A DNA stretch of 60,161 bases from Candidatus Daviesbacteria bacterium (GTDB taxonomy: Bacteria; Patescibacteriota; Microgenomatia; Daviesbacterales; UBA10151), in assembly GCA_003519445.1 (NCBI GenBank), contig DOWS01000020.1, positions 1-60,161 on the forward strand, read 5' to 3'. The translations under genes and the position numbers were made by a program. Shown here piece after piece: positions 57,645-60,161 of the stretch (within the stretch, counting starts at the first letter, position 1; each line of letters opens with the position of its first letter). The notes beneath the pieces are model-generated. The model was not told where the DNA came from, ran no database searches, and saw only the letters and a list, made by a program, of their open reading frames with translations.

Positions 57645-58367
57645 ATGAGATCTCTTTTTAAATTACCCAAAATTCAAATGGCTATCTTTCTTTTCCTGAT
57701 TTTTCTATCAGCCTTTTGGTACAGTCCCTCTGCGTCAAAGCTTTTAACTTTAACCTTGGCTTTATCTTCAACGGTTATTTCCGATTTTATGTTTACTAAA
57801 CTTCGCCGCATCCCTCCTTTTCTACTGTCAGCCGGCATAGTTTCAGGACTAATCATCGCCTTACTGACAGACCCCAGTTTACCTTGGTATATTCCGGTTT
57901 TAGCCGGAGTTTTGGCCATGTTTTCCAAAAATTTCTTGCGGTTCTCAAGACGGCATATATTTAATCCTGCTGGATTCGGTTTAATCCTAACAGCATTTAT
58001 CTTTCAAACAGGAGTTTCCTGGTGGGCAGTTTCATTTCAAACCTTTCCGCAGAATTTAATTTTCTTTTTAATTCTTTTAACCCCCGCTTTTGTATCCATC
58101 AAAAAAATGAGACGGCATTTGACTATTTTTTCCTTTTTAATTGCCTATGGAATAATTTTTAAGAATTTTTTTCTTGACCCCACAGTGTTATTTTTTACCC
58201 TGGTGATGCTACCCGAACCAATGACCACTCCCTACATTAAAAAATATCAGGTCATATTTGGGGTATTTGTATCTATTATCTCGTTTTTAATCTCAAGTTT
58301 TTTTGCGGGGGATCCTTTAATTACCGCGCTATTACTGGGAAATATTATATTTTTCAAATTTCTTTAG
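57645..58367 (+). CDS. RnfD/NqrB-like membrane protein (orphan)
   Basis: SGLIIALL, SK......HIFNPA, FF..VMLPEPMTTP. Confidence 0.8.
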   Translation: MRSLFKLPKIQMAIFLFLIFLSAFWYSPSASKLLTLTLALSSTVISDFMFTKLRRIPPFLLSAGIVSGLIIALLTDPSLPWYIPVLAGVLAMFSKNFLRFSRRHIFNPAGFGLILTAFIFQTGVSWWAVSFQTFPQNLIFFLILLTPAFVSIKKMRRHLTIFSFLIAYGIIFKNFFLDPTVLFFTLVMLPEPMTTPYIKKYQVIFGVFVSIISFLISSFFAGDPLITALLLGNIIFFKFL

Positions 58368-59316
58368 AGATGATTGTTTTATTTTCTTTTAATTTTTCAA
58401 GCATTTTTTGATAAGTCAAAAGGCCGGGCTGGGGGCCCACTTGTTCAACTACCGAGGCCCCGTTGGCTGCTCCCCATCTCATGGCCTCTTTTAAATCCTT
58501 GCCATGAAAAAGCCCGGCCAAGGTACCAGTAGCATAAGCATCTCCCGCGCCTGTCATCTCTACCAGTTTGGCCGGAAAAACTTCTAAATGATAGTATGTT
58601 TCTCCGTCAAATCCATACGAACCCTTGTCTCCGTCAGTAATAACTGCCATTTTAGGACCTAAATCACAAATTCCCTGAAGTAGTTTTTTAATAGTTAAAT
58701 TTCCCAAAATAATTTTTGCCTCTTCCAGATTAACAATAAAAACTTCTGTTAAAGATAAAAGTCTGGGATTTTTTTTAACTCCCAATTTAATTTGAAAAGT
58801 GCCGGGATTATAAAGCATTCTGGCTCCAGACCTTTCCAGATAATTTGTCATCTGCTGCAATAAATTAGAATCTGCAAAAGTGGGGGATAGGGAAGTAAAA
58901 TAGACCCATTTTGATTTATCCAGATCAGGCAAATGATATTTCCAAGGCTGGTGAAAAATTAAAATAGTTCGTTCGCCTTTATAATTTAAAACTACATGAT
59001 GGTTAGAGGGAAGGTCTTTATTTGTCACTACATATCTTGTATCAACTCCCTCATCTTTTAAATGATCTTTAATTCTCACTCCGTCATGATCCCCACCCAC
59101 ATTAATATAGGCAGATGTTTTTAATTTCAGACGGGACGCACCCACTGCAGAATTACAGGCATTTCCTGCTACCTGCACAACAGAATCCCCCACTGGAATT
59201 TTATCCCCATACCTTAAACAAAGTTCACGGAGGTTTTCATTAAAATGCACATGCGCATCAGTCAAGGGCACAAAAGTATCAATAACAGCATCCCCAATGG
59301 AAATTAAATCAAACAT
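58354..59316 (-). CDS. PfkB family carbohydrate kinase
   Basis: GNACN.AVG, N.EEA, TDG.KG, TGAGDAY. Confidence 0.92.
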   Translation of the reverse strand: MFDLISIGDAVIDTFVPLTDAHVHFNENLRELCLRYGDKIPVGDSVVQVAGNACNSAVGASRLKLKTSAYINVGGDHDGVRIKDHLKDEGVDTRYVVTNKDLPSNHHVVLNYKGERTILIFHQPWKYHLPDLDKSKWVYFTSLSPTFADSNLLQQMTNYLERSGARMLYNPGTFQIKLGVKKNPRLLSLTEVFIVNLEEAKIILGNLTIKKLLQGICDLGPKMAVITDGDKGSYGFDGETYYHLEVFPAKLVEMTGAGDAYATGTLAGLFHGKDLKEAMRWGAANGASVVEQVGPQPGLLTYQKMLEKLKENKTIISKEI

Positions 59317-59350
59317 TAATTTAAGTTTAACATAAAGTCAAAACGAGAAA

Positions 59351-59458
59351 TTATTTGAAGAGAATAAAGAAAGCTAACAGAAAAACAATCATTAATAAAC
59401 TAAAAGCAATTCCCACTTTAATATTCACATCATAAAAATCTAATTTTCTGTTTTTCAT
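59351..59458 (-). CDS. Single-TM peptide, 35 aa (not in ORF track)
   Basis: MKNRKLDFYDVNIKVGIAFSLLMIVFLLAFFILFK; ATGA overlap with upstream gene. Confidence 0.55.
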   Translation of the reverse strand: MKNRKLDFYDVNIKVGIAFSLLMIVFLLAFFILFK

Positions 59459-59649
59459 ATTGAACCCTTTTTAAAATAAAAAGACACTACTAAACAAAAT
59501 ATACCAGCTAATATATCAAAAGTAAATAACCAAAAGTTCAAACGGAGTGTTTTCTTTGAAGTGGAAGGTACAATCAATGCTGCTGCAAACCAACCTGCTG
59601 ATAAATTGACAAATAAATCTGAAGTAACCGAGAACCAGAGTCTGTCCAT
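59455..59649 (-). CDS. Small two-TM protein
   Basis: 64 aa, SDLFVNLSAGWF; TGaTAAACT 8 nt before ATG. Confidence 0.7.
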   Translation of the reverse strand: MDRLWFSVTSDLFVNLSAGWFAAALIVPSTSKKTLRLNFWLFTFDILAGIFCLVVSFYFKKGSI

Positions 59650-59722
59650 TTAGTATCAGTTTATCACAATACAAAATTAAATTGTTAATAAAAACGGTAG
59701 GTTAAAAGATATTTAACTTTGT

Positions 59723-60115
59723 TCATTTATTCTTCCAATCTTTTATTAATTGTCTCAAGAAGAAAAATCCAATAATCGGATAGAAAATTGCTGTGATCAC
59801 ACCAGGATAATAATCATTGATAATGATTGCTTTTAAGATATGGTGCGACTCAAAAATAAATACGAAGCTAAATAAGGTCATCAGAAATAATCCAATGCGT
59901 TTGATGTGGAATAGTATAAAAAGGATAGGTAATAATAACCAATAAATTGTATGAAAAATCCAGTAGAAATTTTCAGGAGTAGTACCAAAATATCTACCGC
60001 CATAAATTATAAATGAATCTGACGAAGGAAATCCTCCAATAATTTCTTCAAATCCATGTAGATAAATTAGGAGTAAAGAAATAAGGAAAAGGCTGTTTAA
60101 TTTATTTGAAGCCAT
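59723..60115 (-). CDS. HXXEE-domain membrane protein
   Basis: HGFEE, later H and YYPG..TA. Confidence 0.82.
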   Translation of the reverse strand: MASNKLNSLFLISLLLIYLHGFEEIIGGFPSSDSFIIYGGRYFGTTPENFYWIFHTIYWLLLPILFILFHIKRIGLFLMTLFSFVFIFESHHILKAIIINDYYPGVITAIFYPIIGFFFLRQLIKDWKNK

Positions 60116-60161
60116 GTAATATTAGTTTACCAGTTTATTGAACCCGTTTCAAAACTCCATT

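Noticed and set aside
1..60161. Alternative genetic code (TGA as Gly) or prophage
   Set aside because: Conserved genes end at TGA with ATGA overlaps, RF2 is present, and no phage structural or integrase genes are seen

Overview
A 60-kb, AT-rich, gene-dense bacterial chromosome segment using genetic code 11 (TGA stops, RF2 present). Gene content and style suggest a Patescibacteria/CPR genome, probably Microgenomates (inference). Housekeeping genes include secA, lysS, serS, greA, prfB, lon, tsaB, tsaE, ftsEX, nrdR-nrdJ, tRNA-Glu and hppA. There is a large glycosylation set (rmlABC, gmd, galE, GT2 and GT-C membrane glycosyltransferases) plus glnA-amtB and cobO. Notable items: (1) a DUF3800-type gene facing a small structured RNA with its own promoter and terminator; (2) a REP-associated tyrosine transposase flanked by 36-bp REP-like repeats, with a third stand-alone copy; (3) palindromic elements inserted in frame inside tsaB and tsaE; (4) a 25-bp duplication of the secA 3' end bracketing a one-gene island; (5) a YbaK-like editing domain fused to a single-cysteine racemase; (6) a circularly permuted M23 peptidase after ftsEX; (7) pervasive leaderless and bidirectional extended -10 promoters; (8) a tRNA-Glu with C at position 55. 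All calls come from reading the sequence; no searches were run.
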